Made by a program: the position numbers and the translations under genes | In this document: positions 24,201 to 35,930 of the stretch, piece by piece | Position numbering within the stretch: position 1 is the first letter of the stretch | Layout: the number at the start of each line of letters is the position of its first letter | Source of the DNA: Asterias rubens | Taxonomy: Eukaryota | Assembly: GCF_902459465.1 (NCBI RefSeq) | Contig: NC_047062.1 | Span: forward strand, 20,398,001-20,462,000 | Length of the DNA stretch: 64,000 bases | Direction: 5' to 3' | The notes under the pieces: model-generated | Told to the model about the DNA's origin: nothing | Database searches by the model: none | The model's input: only the letters and a program-made list of their open reading frames with translations

Positions 24201-26585
24201 TTCAATCTTTCGACAGCCCATTTGCGAACATTCCATATGAATGAGTATTACAGTAAACTGTACTTTCATTGATGTTCCCTGAAGTCCTTTTACTCAACCA
24301 TGTAGTCCCTACCAATGTTTCGAGGGATACTTATGTGTGTGATTTTTTTTCCCCTTGACTTTATTTCGAAAGGTAGCAGAAAATTTAATGAATCCATTTG
24401 GTGAGGATGATGATGACTTTGACATGAATTTTATTGTCGACAGAAATCTCCAGGTAAGATCAAAGTTTCAAATTGGGATGACTTTGTGATCGCTTAGTTA
24501 AACTGCAAGTTTCACAATTTGAACAGTAAAGTTAACCAATTGTTTGTAGTTTTAATATCAGTTTCAATTCAAATTGAAAACAACAAACAAATGTATATCT
24601 GTGAGGTAACTGGTTCTTAAGTGTGTATTTAAAAAAAAATCATAAATATGGTACTTCATTATTGACCAGTTTTTCGAACTCATTGACATTTTTTTCTGCA
24701 GGCTTGATAACAAATATCTACTGTAGAATCTTTATTTATAATTCTTACTGACCGTCATCTCGTTTATTTATGTTTATTATTTCAATTAATGACTATGTGC
24801 TGTAAATTTCAGTCATGATTGTGTAGCGGCTGGTGTAACTTTTTCATGTTTTAGTTTAAGTGTAGCAAAACATGTTGAGAAATTGGTGTGATATGTAAAT
24901 TCAGTTCGTTTCAGACAATCGCTGTTTTGCTGTTTTGGTTCCTCTCCAGTTAAGTTTTCCCCCGGTGTTACTTTACCTTTTCATTGTTTAACTATTTCTT
25001 GAGTCCCCAAGTTTTTTCTATTGATTACCTTCTGTTCACTTTTTCCTGGTGATGATGTGAAATGTTTTTACAAAATTTCTGAACCCGACTGTTTGCTGTA
25101 TGTTATTTTTCCAAAGATAAAATAATACGAATAACATTATCTTCATCCTGGTTTGGGACCAACTATAGTGTAGGGATAATTCTGACCTCGTGTGAGTGTT
25201 TATAAAGTAATTTCATATAAACACATGGTAATGGCGTCTTTACTCTTCAAGTATGTCAATCCTTTACACGAAACCCGATAATTCTGTAAAACTTGACAAA
25301 AGTTGTGTAAGAGTTTACATTGCATAATTACAATGTATAACTGAAAGTTACCATGGTGTTGTGTAATTGAGTTTTGGTAAAATTTTACAGAAATCGTGTA
25401 CTATTTTACACAATTTGTTCACCCCACTTATGTTTTTACCATTCATTTTTTGTGTGTACTGTATGATACATTCGTGAGGACTTGTCTATACTGTGACTAC
25501 AGTACTTTGGCTTACTTTCTACCGTTTACTTACTTGTTGCTAAATATGTGTTGTTTATCTGTAAGCGCCTTGTGGCCCTCGATTATAAATATTGTATTAT
25601 TATATTATAATTATTATTATTCTTTTCCCAAAAGATAAGTTTTCTGGCGGTGGATGACCTGTACGAGATCAGCCTACCCATCGTTCGGGACCGACACTTT
25701 GAGTCATCCGTACCAGACATTCCTTACACCAATGCCGCCGTGAAAAACAAAGGGAAACCCTGGCAGGGATCCGCGAGTAAAGTCAGGTAAAGCGTGTACT
25801 TTGCCGAGCTTCTACGACGAGTCGAACTGGTTATGGCGGGCTGTTGTTTTCCATGTTTAGTTTGTTTGTCAGTTCAGTTTAGCAGTTTGCTTAGATTGTG
25901 GCATTAAAGCTGTTGTTTTCCAGTTCAGTTTATCTGGCAGTGGAGCTATTGCTTTTGTATTTCACATTAAAAGGGAAACATTTGTTTGTAATGTGTTTTA
26001 TCAAGAGCAGATTTATGATCCGTATTATATTTCTACTTTAGATTATCCCGGAGGGATATGGCATTCACGTCAATGCCCAATAAAGTGTTCACAGAAGAAG
26101 ACGAAGTAATGACCTGCAAACTCCACACAAATAGCATCAAGAAAAACCACATCGACACCCCTTCATCAGAAGAGCACATGAGTTCCCCACTACAAGAAAA
26201 CCGGGAGGCAGCAGGCAACAATAGTTTCTCACACTTCAAGAGACCCCCACCTACGTACAACTCCTCCATGCAATCTCATCCGCAAGTTGGGTCTAGACCC
26301 CCGGATGATCTTCCCTTACCTCCTAAGAAACTTAGCCGATCCGCTGGGGAGAGGAGGAAAGACGGCCCAACCCAACCCACCAAGCGAGATCGGGCCGAGT
26401 CGGTAGCGTTACCGTCGGCTGCTGCAACCGCTATAATAGACGACTCGCCCAACTCGAGGTCGAGACAAGACGACCTTAACACCAGAGACTGTAGCAGTGA
26501 TGATGAGGACGAGCGCTCGCCGCTAAGTAACTCTAACTACCAACAAATTAACATGAATCAAATTGTCAACGAGTCGGTGATATGA
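15228..26585 (+). CDS. BEST: Bestrophin family Ca2+-activated anion channel (5'-incomplete; 536 aa from the visible exons)
   Basis: Exons 15228-15469, 19056-19261, 20205-20359, 20980-21057, 23859-24011, 24373-24453, 25635-25786, 26042-26585. All introns are GT-AG and phases are consistent (1611 nt including stop). Motifs: [39 protein letters not shown] (RFP), [23 protein letters not shown] (Ca clasp), low-complexity C-terminal tail. The usual MTxxY start was not located. Paralogue identity (BEST1-4) cannot be assigned. Confidence 0.95.
15484..15651 (-). mobile_element. tRNA-like SINE family F, 5'-truncated, flanked by a 12-bp direct repeat
   Basis: Minus-strand A box tggtctagttgg and B box ggttcgaatcc. 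GAGTTTGATGTA at 15472-15483 and 15652-15663. Confidence 0.75.
16694..16841 (+). repeat. Dispersed repeat; inverted relative at 23625-23798
   Basis: Shared blocks include the identical 22-mer tctgatagcgccctcttttgaa and ggggaccgaatctc. Confidence 0.7.
19218..19547 (+). repeat. Diverged ~162-bp tandem duplication of a bestrophin exon 3' end, donor and intron start
   Basis: ggtgaagaaaaggttcccaacactcacgcatattgtagaagcag|gtacgt (19218) versus ggtgaagaaacggttcccaacacttgcgcatattgtagaagcagg|gtacgt (19380). Downstream intron blocks also match. Confidence 0.85.
20411..20550. mobile_element. Harbinger/PIF-like MITE
   Basis: TIR GGCCGTGTCCGAATT / AATTCGGAAACGGCC flanked by (g)ta and tta; internal gctac/gtagc repeats. 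Confidence 0.6.
21111..21291. mobile_element. MITE family E (gggcccaatttcat..gc / gctttatgaaattgggccc termini)
   Basis: Related copies at ~35760-35930 and 52007-52228. Confidence 0.7.
23625..23798 (-). repeat. Dispersed repeat, inverted relative of 16694-16841
   Basis: Reverse-complement match to 16694-16841. Confidence 0.7.
25540..25620 (+). mobile_element. L2/SINE-type 3' tail
   Basis: tgtaagcgccttg...tataaat...(att)n, ending 14 nt before the acceptor at 25635. Confidence 0.5.
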
Positions 26586-27560
26586 CGAGGAATTGGTGTA
26601 GAATGTAAAAACTTCATCAAAACTAAAGTTCATGACGTTCTACCCGCGTGTGTTATTCTGTTTGAATGGTGGTTTGTATCTCTCCTGTTTTAACATACAT
26701 GAACTCTTATGATGAGTTTGATATTCCACGAAGAAGTACGTGCGTCACATGGATAGTAGACTTGATTCAAGTCACTAAGTATATCCGGGCGTCAAAATGT
26801 AGCTATTGTGGTCCCGAGAATAGCGCGGCACAGGGTGGGGAGTTTTCTGATGTTAGGCGATGGGACTCAAAATAAAAGGACTCTCACGGGATTGGGACTT
26901 GAGTCAAGTCTTGGGGATCTGTGCCAGTCCTCATTGAGTGTGGAGAATGCTGTGGTAGAGTAGATGAGGAAACGCTATCCCATACTGTCGGCTTATGTTA
27001 TTGAAACGAAAAAGTACAAGAAGTCGTTTTCGTCTGCGAGCTTGGGCTACATGATGCTGTCAGATTGAAACTTTACTATATCATGCTATGACGTCAAGCA
27101 GATAGTCCACTTTCCTGACACTGCAAGTAAACCTTGATCCTGCGTTTATTATGACTAACTTTGCTGTATTGCTTTCCCACCGGGTACGTGTTAAGGACCT
27201 TGTCACACGAGACAACTTTTGCAGGAAACTTGGAGGCAACCAATTTACCATGCATACTACATGACCACTTTGTTAGCAATTGGGTTATTTTTCAAACAAT
27301 GTCTTACGACCCCAAGAATCATATGTGAACATTCCAAATGTGAAAGCCTTTTCTTCTCGGAGATTGCATGGTTGCCTGCAAATGACCTCGTGTTACATGG
27401 CCCTAAGCCCACGTGTTCTTAGTCCTTTGACATTTTGATAGATGAAACACCCATTAGGTGCAATACATCATTCTTAACATAGTTTCCAAAATCATATTAT
27501 ATATTGGTTTAGTAGAGTCAAAATACCTTTGTCTTTGTTTCAGCCTCCCTTAAATGGTCT

Positions 27561-27732
27561 GGGTCGGATTTCACAAAGGTAGTCCTAACTTAGGACTAGT
27601 CCTAGGCAATGCTAAGAGATAGGACCAGTCCTAAGTTAGGATGAGTTACTGGTCCTAACTTAGGACCAGTCCTATCTCTTAGCATTGCTTAGGACTAGTC
27701 CTAAGTTAGGACTACCTTTGTGAAATCCACCC
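27561..27732. mobile_element. Palindromic MITE built from nested AGTCCTAA(C/G)TTAGGACT units
   Basis: ~85-bp arms ggatttcacaaaggtagtcctaacttagg... / ...cctaagttaggactacctttgtgaaatcc, with few mismatches. Confidence 0.85.
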
Positions 27733-29049
27733 CTGTATACGGTTGGTAATGACTCTGAAACAACTTATACTTGGTAAAAGAATACGGCAGCTTTGGATGG
27801 TATAATGCATTCTGAGAAGCTTTTCACTTTGAAATACTGCGGTTATGAAAAAACATATCACTTTTAATCCCCCCAAAAAGTTAGTCTTAGAAACGTTACT
27901 GCAGTAACGTTTCTCAGATAGTGTATTCCAATTGCAGATAATTCTTCCTGCTGGGACATAACCTCTCCAGATTTTCGGCATATCTCGAAAGCGCATCCAC
28001 CTTTTGAACTTAATTTTTTTTTCACGTGTTGGTGTGTGTATCTACATTTATGGATTGAAACAAACAGGGGTTCCAATTACCAAACGTATACAATCCATTT
28101 AGATGTCCGAAATTGATTATATTTACAACTCTCTTACAACCGTTTGAAAAAGACAACAGCTCTAACCGAAGCAGCTTTTGATTCGTACATGTAAATCCTC
28201 ACTATTATGCAGCTGCATTTACACATTGACAATCTGTCAAAATAGATACCACAATTTGTGTTGCAATATTGCCATTTCCCAGCTTCAAATACCCCAATAT
28301 GACCTCATAACTTACGTTGGCAACAAATGTTATTGATAAAGAGATATAGTAAATGGAAAGAAAGTAATAAAGTAACAATTTGCATGTTACTATAGTCTAA
28401 ATACGTAGTCGATGATGAAACCCGAATCCAGTGTATTGTATATTGAATCTTGTATAAAATGTAAACTTGCAAAATCTCTTCCGCCCATTAGGTAATAAGT
28501 ACTAGATTTGGTAAAGCATTTTTGTTGTTTGTGAAATTACAACTTCAAAAAAGTTGAACTATTTGTATAACTGCAAAATTGGTATAAAAACGTAACTTTG
28601 GAGAAATCAAGTTAAATGTTACTCAGATAATGAAAAAAGTACTCTTTTCGAATTTTCGCTAAAAACAAAATTTAATATAAACTGAGATGGAAGAGGAAGT
28701 GTTGTTGGTTGAAGTAGTATAAACAAACCGTAGACCGAGTAGAGTTTCACCATTGTTGATGCTGTATCATTAACGAAGACAACTTATTCTGACATTTTTT
28801 GATGTATTGTTCCATGGTGACTGTGTGATTGACCACTGTCTGTGCTCGCCTCCCCGTGTAATAATCGTCCACCAATACATTTTTCTGCCCATTGCAATAA
28901 TAAATAATATCAAGCCTATACAATAGGCCCATAGTATACCAATTGTAGGCAGTTTTTGTGTCTAAAGACTATTTAAAATATTTTTCAAACGTGAGAGAGA
29001 AAACATCAAAAACTGCTCGTCACTCTGCAATAAAACAACATAAGTAATT

Positions 29050-29276
29050 CACTCTAAAACATCTGGGTCAGAATTGACCCGGGTCCCATGGCACCTGACC
29101 CTTTACTGGGTCAGACTGACCTGGTCAATGAAATATTTTAAAGTTGGATTCTGCGTCAGTTTGACCCACTTCTGAATAATTTTGACACGGATTCCACATC
29201 ATACTGACCCAAAATTGGTTAGGCCTCACGGGACTCGGATAATCTGGGTCAACTTTGATCCATGAGTTTTAGAGTG
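29050..29276. mobile_element. CACT-terminus MITE
   Basis: CACTCTAAAAC...GTTTTAGAGTG termini with internal tgaccc/gggtca repeats. Confidence 0.75.
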
Positions 29277-32200
29277 GTACATGTAGTTAGTAGGCCTACC
29301 TATTATGAAGCACTGCTTGACCTAATGTGTATGGATTATACGTCAATTCAGACTTTCGCATTAGCAAAATACATTCAAAAAACATTTAAACAACTTTGAT
29401 CGAAACATATTAGTTGTTTTTGTTTTATCTGTCTTATTTGTTTCGAGGTTGTTGACAATCGTTTCAGGCTCATTACTGTTACAAATCGATTTAATGGGAT
29501 TATGATCGAAACATTATTTCCGTTAATGTTTGAGTCATTCGTGTTTAGTATACGTTCGCTTGACATGCAATACAAACCCTATCTTTTGTAACATTGTATA
29601 ATCTCTAAGTTTCAACAGTTAATTGTGACTTTAACATGTAAATTAAGTTTATTTTTCAACTTTTGTAAGAGTGGTTATTTGACTGAGCTCCCTTCAGATG
29701 ACATAACATGTCTGGTATTTTGAAGAGTATTTATGTAATATAAAGATATATTTATAACTTTATTTTGTTTGTAAGGTATTTTACTTTGAGGGGTTATAGA
29801 TTTGGTTATGCTATAGACAACAGTATGAAGGTGTGCTTTTTATTGTGCGTCGAAACCAATGTAAGCTATTTGTGTCTGGTGTCCTATTAGGCTATACCAC
29901 CTGGTGCTACTGTGTATTCATGTAAAGCTGTATACTACTATATTATTGAATCTAGGGACACGACTTTCAACTATTTTGTCATAAATATAAAACTAATATA
30001 TGTATTAAGGAGTAAAACACGTGTGTTCAGGGCGTGGGTGTGATGTTGGCTGATGGTTATCAATTATGCCGTCGCCAATTCGTTCTGCTCATATCTCGAA
30101 ATACTGAGACGCGCACGGTACATTAAAGGCTGGCCAAACAACGTCTCGCAATCGGATGACGTGCATGGCTGGCTCGTCTTTGGTGTAAATTGCGCTCATG
30201 TTTGTTTTATGACGGGTTGGAGTATTTTGGGGTTTTCCCCCAGGGGCTGTGGATGTCTTTACGTCACAGGTTTACCAATCATCATCGGTGCATTTTGGAC
30301 TTATATACGCACCAGTTATCAAAGAAGATCACTAATTGTAATGTTTGGTTCCCTGACTCCTCATTTATAATCTAACCAACAACATGGTGCAATACTTGGG
30401 GGACATTTTGATCTATGGCTTAAATCTAATAAATTTAATCATCATTTCGTAGCAGTCTTAGAATTACCAAAACTGACCGCTAAATGTAGTCTTGACTTAG
30501 AATATTGTTAGAATTTGAGATGCGCTGAACCTAATCAAAACACACACAAATAATCATCAGAATTTTAACAACCAAAACTACTGCCAAATTGCTAAATGCA
30601 AAAACTTGTCTACACAGTTTTATATACTATATCAGGATTTAACAAATAACCGGTGTTAGTATGGAGGTATGCTATAGATTTAGAGTCGTATGTATTAATC
30701 ATTGTGAGGGCGAAGTCAAGGTATGACACATTGTTATAGGGGAAACAAATTGCTTTTCGGTAAACTAGTAAAATCAGAAAGCTAGTTTGTATTATATACC
30801 ATACTGGTGCGGCGTAACTTTCCAGAAATGCTACACAAAATTGCATGAAAGACCAATGCATAATGTATAAAACCCTCAAGTTGACGAATCAGTTGCATGC
30901 TCAATTTGACTGAACCAGTGTTTTGTCATTTTATCGAATGTGATAGAGAATCATTGCTTTGCTGGCTTTGCACTTTTGCAGCGCCACCGGGTGCCAAATG
31001 CAACCTTGTCTGTATACACGACGATACGAAAAACAAAAACCAAGCTCATAGTTAGGCGAACAGATTCAAATAAAGGACAACAACGAATTCAAAATGGAAA
31101 TGATGTACAGTTTGATTATTAACAATGTGGTTTGCCTTTAAGTCACTGAACTTTGGAAGAACTTATGCCAAAGAACAGTAGCCTACTGGCTAAATATAAT
31201 GTTAGTCATGACCAGCACTTTAACTGTTCTTTGGCCATGTTCTCGCCAGAAGTGTGTGTGCAAAGTTTATTTTCACCAGAATCTTGTTTTGATGTATTTT
31301 GAAATAATTATTTTGTGCTGATGTCTAAAAAAGCTTCTGCTCTTGTTTTCAACAGTAGTTGAACAAGAGAATCTCGCCAATAGCAAGTCAATGTCCTTTT
31401 GGCAAAGTGCACTCAATTTGAGGTCAATATATGGCTTCTGTGATAGATCGGAATATAAAGTGACTTTATACAGCTTTAATCCTCAGTATGAGCACATAAT
31501 GCACGCTCTACTAAATCGGGGTTGGCATAGAGGCCAGGGGAGCCCGTATGTTGTTCTACTGTACCCGTTTGAAGTGAGTGAAGGATGTCCCTGTGGATAC
31601 CATGCTCAAGTAGTAGGAAACATTAATAGGCCCTTTTTATTTTTGAAACCACGGCTTCGGCTCCAGATTCGGCTCAGGCTAGCTTGGCCCCGCGGTTGTG
31701 TTGACAAATTGTGCGTGCTTTGCATTCGTGTTCAGGGTTTCAGACGAGTTAACGGAGCTTGATAAAGCGAAAGCCAAAGCCGTTGATTCGAAAAAGGCCA
31801 CAGTTTCTTTGATGCTGACAAGATTCTTCGTGTGTGTTTGATATTTTCATCATGGTCTTATAAGCGTGGGATTGATTGTTGATTTTTGTTTTTTTGCTTA
31901 GAGATCTTTTGCTGATGCTGCTTTGCATTTACAATTACAATACACGCACATTGTTGTTTAACCGGCGTCTTTCCGCTAAAAAGGTGTGACGCACACAAAG
32001 GCCTTTAAATGGCGAGAAGCAATCTGCATATCAAGTTATTGACAATACTTGTGAATACTACTGTGTCATTTTGAATCCATGGATAATTGTCAGCAGGGAT
32101 ACTTCTGGAATTTTAGTTTGTCGAACTGTTATTTTGCCCCACATAGCTGTCAGAAGTAGCCTACTGAAAACGTATGGCTGCATAATTAGTGGCAACAGAA

Positions 32201-33454
32201 TAATATTTTGACGACAGTCACCGTGTAAATCCAGCATCGTAAAATTTTTTTTTTTTTTTGGTTCCCCGAACCCGGACTTGCTTAGACCTAGTTTCCAATA
32301 ACTGCTGCTAGACCAAACAAACTAGTCTAGCTTATATCCTGGACCTTTTCAATATTCAATCAAAATGCGAAGAAAGGACACAAAAAGCAAGGCCTTTGAT
32401 AGCCACAGGGTGAATGAAATGTTTGAAAGGAACAGTGAACGCAGCAGTAGCACACACAGTCGTCAACAGCTCCAAATGGCCCATTATTAATATTGTTACG
32501 TGTATAAACTCATTCAAAGTTTTGTTATATAAAATATGATATCCATAGTTTTGGACTTTGATTACATATAATACTAATCAAGTTGTGTTCATGGGAAATT
32601 CATGACTAGGATGGTCATTATTTTGACTTCCTAAAAGTAGACCTACTTTGTTCCACATCGGTAGGCATGTGCGGCTAGCCACTGACTATAGTCGAGCACA
32701 TCCCCCCCCCCCAACCAACCCCCATAAAACCACTTGATGGTGTAGTTGTAACTATAAAGTTAATGTACATAAATTGCCTTTGGCAGGGTGATAGTAAGTC
32801 TGGTAGGCCTGTATTATTTGCTGTTGATGTTGTCAACCAGCGTGGCAACAGGAACACAATGGGGGAAAATTTTACTTTGAAACACGGACCCACGGTTGAC
32901 TTGGTACCGTCAGTGATACGTGCGGAATAACCTGCTTGGCGACGTGGAAAACTTCCTTGTTAAAACCTCTGTGTTAAAACTAGCTCGGTTTGTCACTCTC
33001 ACAAGGTCGATTATGTTGATCTGTCTTCTTGCCAAAACAAACCAAAACATCAACCAAGACTTTGAAATACTACTGGAGGAATACTTCTGTTGTTATGTGG
33101 CATTAAAAACCAGGAATTCGCGGATAACTCAATCACATGGAGAATAATAACACCATTAATGTTTCATCATGAATGTTGAGTTATATTCAAGTGACACCTT
33201 CACCGCAGACTTTGCTGCATACAAACAGATTGAAGTACACGCCAACCCTTTATTGGTAAGAATTGTTTTAGATTACAAATTTGTTGGTACAACTATAGAA
33301 TCCAGGGCCACTCCACACTGTACGTCAACGCATCCAAGGCTGCATGGATGCCCAGTCAGCCAAAACGGACTGGCCTACCCACTTTGCATCCACGCATCCG
33401 CGCACCCAGTCATCCAGACTCCAATTTCTCACTACTCCCCACCGATACCTCTAT

Positions 33455-33476
33455 ACATATATATATATATATATAT
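33455..33476. repeat. (TA)n microsatellite
   Basis: Direct reading. Confidence 0.9.
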
Positions 33477-34102
33477 TCCCCATTTATGCAAATGTTCCCT
33501 ATTCAAGGATTATTTTTTAAAGGAAAAGAAAGCCCGAATTCCATTTACTTTATATTTATTGCCGCTATTGTTTTAAAAAGGGAAAGAAGGCAAGAACTTC
33601 ATTAATATTTATTGCCGCTATGCAAAATGTTCCCCATTCAAGACTATGTTTTATCAAAAAAGCGACGGTAGAAAACAGTTTTCAATTTGAACGAGTTATT
33701 TTGAACAGTTATCACACCTTAAACACGTTGTTTTAGACATAAATAGATTTGCGGATACGTGTATACTAGGATTCAAATAGAGTATAGTCTTTCAGACAGT
33801 TTACTCAATTGGGTTACGTCTTCAGAAAAAATTAAATTAATTCGAAGTGATTAAATTATTTCTATCGGTTGGTTTGCATTACTTATCGTATGCAATTTTC
33901 CATTGATTTGTATCAAAACAAAAACAAATCTTTTTCATGTAGAATTACTAATGATTATAATGTTACACTTTTTGAAACAGGTGAAACGAATGATGCGACC
34001 AAACGGAACTTGACATTTTGATCAGCAACATCATCATAGTGCTGCGACTTGACTCTCTTTGATAAGTAACGACGTCAGGAGGTGATACTTTTAAGAGGAA
34101 AC

Positions 34103-35320
34103 ATGGTGAGGGGTTCGTATAAGTTGGATCTGAAGAGGGACGATGCTAGGACGCTGATGCTGAAAATGGACGCTCGTCTGACGTACGCCGGCCGCGAACG
34201 GAACGTAGCGTACCAGCTTGAGGGCAAACGTGAGCTCAGACAGCTGGAGTCAACTCTGCGTCTACTCAACGCCGATTTGAACCGAGCACAGAAGAAGATC
34301 CAAAAGCGCATCGACTTCTTCCAGACCCTACAGAAACAGAACAAGGAGAGGCGTCAGATGAGGGAGATTGCATGGTGCGAAGAGGAAGAGAACGAATGGG
34401 AGAGGGAAACCAGGGCAGCAAGACGACGGAAGATGTTGCCAAAGATTGAGATTCGTGAGAACCACAAGGCCGAGGTTGTAGGGTCCGTTCGGCGAGATCA
34501 GAAGAGGGAATACGCTAACAAGATGGCACGAGAGTCTCATCTTAACAGGTCTCTTAATGCACTGAGTAAATCATACGCCGAACACAGAACTTTGACAGAA
34601 CGCAATAGAGCCAAATTAGAAGAACTTCAAGGTGAAGATGGAAATAACATTCCGATCAAGCCTACAGGTGCCGCAGGTGAACCTAAGATATCAAGAACAA
34701 AGACAGCACCAGGACAAATGAGTCTACCCCAGCTATTGGGTAAGATGAGAACAGATACCTCTCTGCAAAGTGTCCCGCAAAGCCACAAGATTGTTCGACT
34801 ACCGGGTGTTAATACTGGGCACGAAGGCACACCAGCGTTGTACAGCGGACTGGCCAAGAAGAAACCCAATGAAATGGTTGGATCTTTTTACATGAGCACC
34901 AGTACGGCCCAGCATGATAATGGCACGGCACCCCAACGTAGAGTTTTCTTGGTAGATCCTACTTTGGGTAGTGAAACCGCCCACCACCGGGCTGACAGTA
35001 AACGTTCCAGCAAGCCCCAAGTCTCAAATGCCAAACCCTCAACTAAACGACCAAAGCCACTCTCCACACTCGTTTTCCAACAGAACACGATCCCGCTCAG
35101 ATTCTACGAACAGGAAAAGAATCCATTCGATGGAGGGGACACCATACCTGCCCTGAATCGCTCCATGGACCTTATTAATGCTGATAAGGACGACGAGCTT
35201 TATATCTGGCTAGGGTTGGAGTCCGAGGAAGAGCTCGAGAGGTTGAGGAGGGGTGAGCTTGTTCTCCAACAATTCGACGGGGACAACTGTTCAGACGCGA
35301 TTAGCAATGATGTACCGTGA
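34103..35320 (+). CDS. Coiled-coil protein, CCDC190-like N-terminus (405 aa, single coding exon)
   Basis: Long clean ORF. The ATG at 34103 (gaaacATGg) lies downstream of an acceptor (gaaacag|33981). The N-terminus MVRGSYKLDLKRDDARTLMLKMDARL resembles my recollection of vertebrate CCDC190/C1orf110 ([28 protein letters not shown]). It is followed by an R/E/K-rich coiled coil and a disordered tail. The ORF is secure; orthology is unverified. Confidence 0.8.
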   Translation: MVRGSYKLDLKRDDARTLMLKMDARLTYAGRERNVAYQLEGKRELRQLESTLRLLNADLNRAQKKIQKRIDFFQTLQKQNKERRQMREIAWCEEEENEWERETRAARRRKMLPKIEIRENHKAEVVGSVRRDQKREYANKMARESHLNRSLNALSKSYAEHRTLTERNRAKLEELQGEDGNNIPIKPTGAAGEPKISRTKTAPGQMSLPQLLGKMRTDTSLQSVPQSHKIVRLPGVNTGHEGTPALYSGLAKKKPNEMVGSFYMSTSTAQHDNGTAPQRRVFLVDPTLGSETAHHRADSKRSSKPQVSNAKPSTKRPKPLSTLVFQQNTIPLRFYEQEKNPFDGGDTIPALNRSMDLINADKDDELYIWLGLESEEELERLRRGELVLQQFDGDNCSDAISNDVP

Positions 35321-35759
35321 TTTGGTAAAATGGAGATATTAGGTGATTCGAGGATCATTGGACTTTTGGGACAGTTGCAAAACTCAGAAAACATCATCAA
35401 CTTATGAGGGATCAACGATGGAATTATCAACAATTACAAAAGATCAAAATTCAGATATGACACATGTTGGTTATAGAAACAGTCCATCCAAAAAGTCAGC
35501 CAGTAATTATCATCGTGTACATAAACACATATGTTGTTTTAACAACTATAGTGTTGGAGTCATGACTCCATTAACACGTTATTGATAAATTTCTTCCGTT
35601 TAACTCAACTGGCACAGCTTTGTGTGGTAGATTGACCAATTTGAATGCAAATTAAGTTACTTTCAAAAGAAAAATAACGATGAGTGCGACCACTTCTAGG
35701 GTGGGAAAATCGTATCATGGACAAAAAACAGTTCAACCCGATGAGAATTCTTTTGAGAG

Positions 35760-35930
35760 CAGGGCCCAAGAGCTCCTTAAGCAGGAAATATTGCTTAAGA
35801 ATGTTCTGCTTAGCATAAATTAGCAGGATACCAATTACAAATTGTACATGTGACATGGTATTTTGGCTGGCTATCCTTTTTTGGGGAGCCTACTTTTGTT
35901 GCTTATATTAAGCAGCTCAGAAATGGGGCC
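35760..35930. mobile_element. MITE family E, diverged copy
   Basis: gggccc..gagctccttaagc...agcaggatacca...taagcagctc.gaaatggggcc, similar to 21111-21291. Confidence 0.6.

Noticed and set aside
31343-31762. 139-aa ORF (and a faint exonuclease-like LCAH on the minus strand)
   Set aside because: TTG start, no recognisable domain or splice context; the similarity is too weak.
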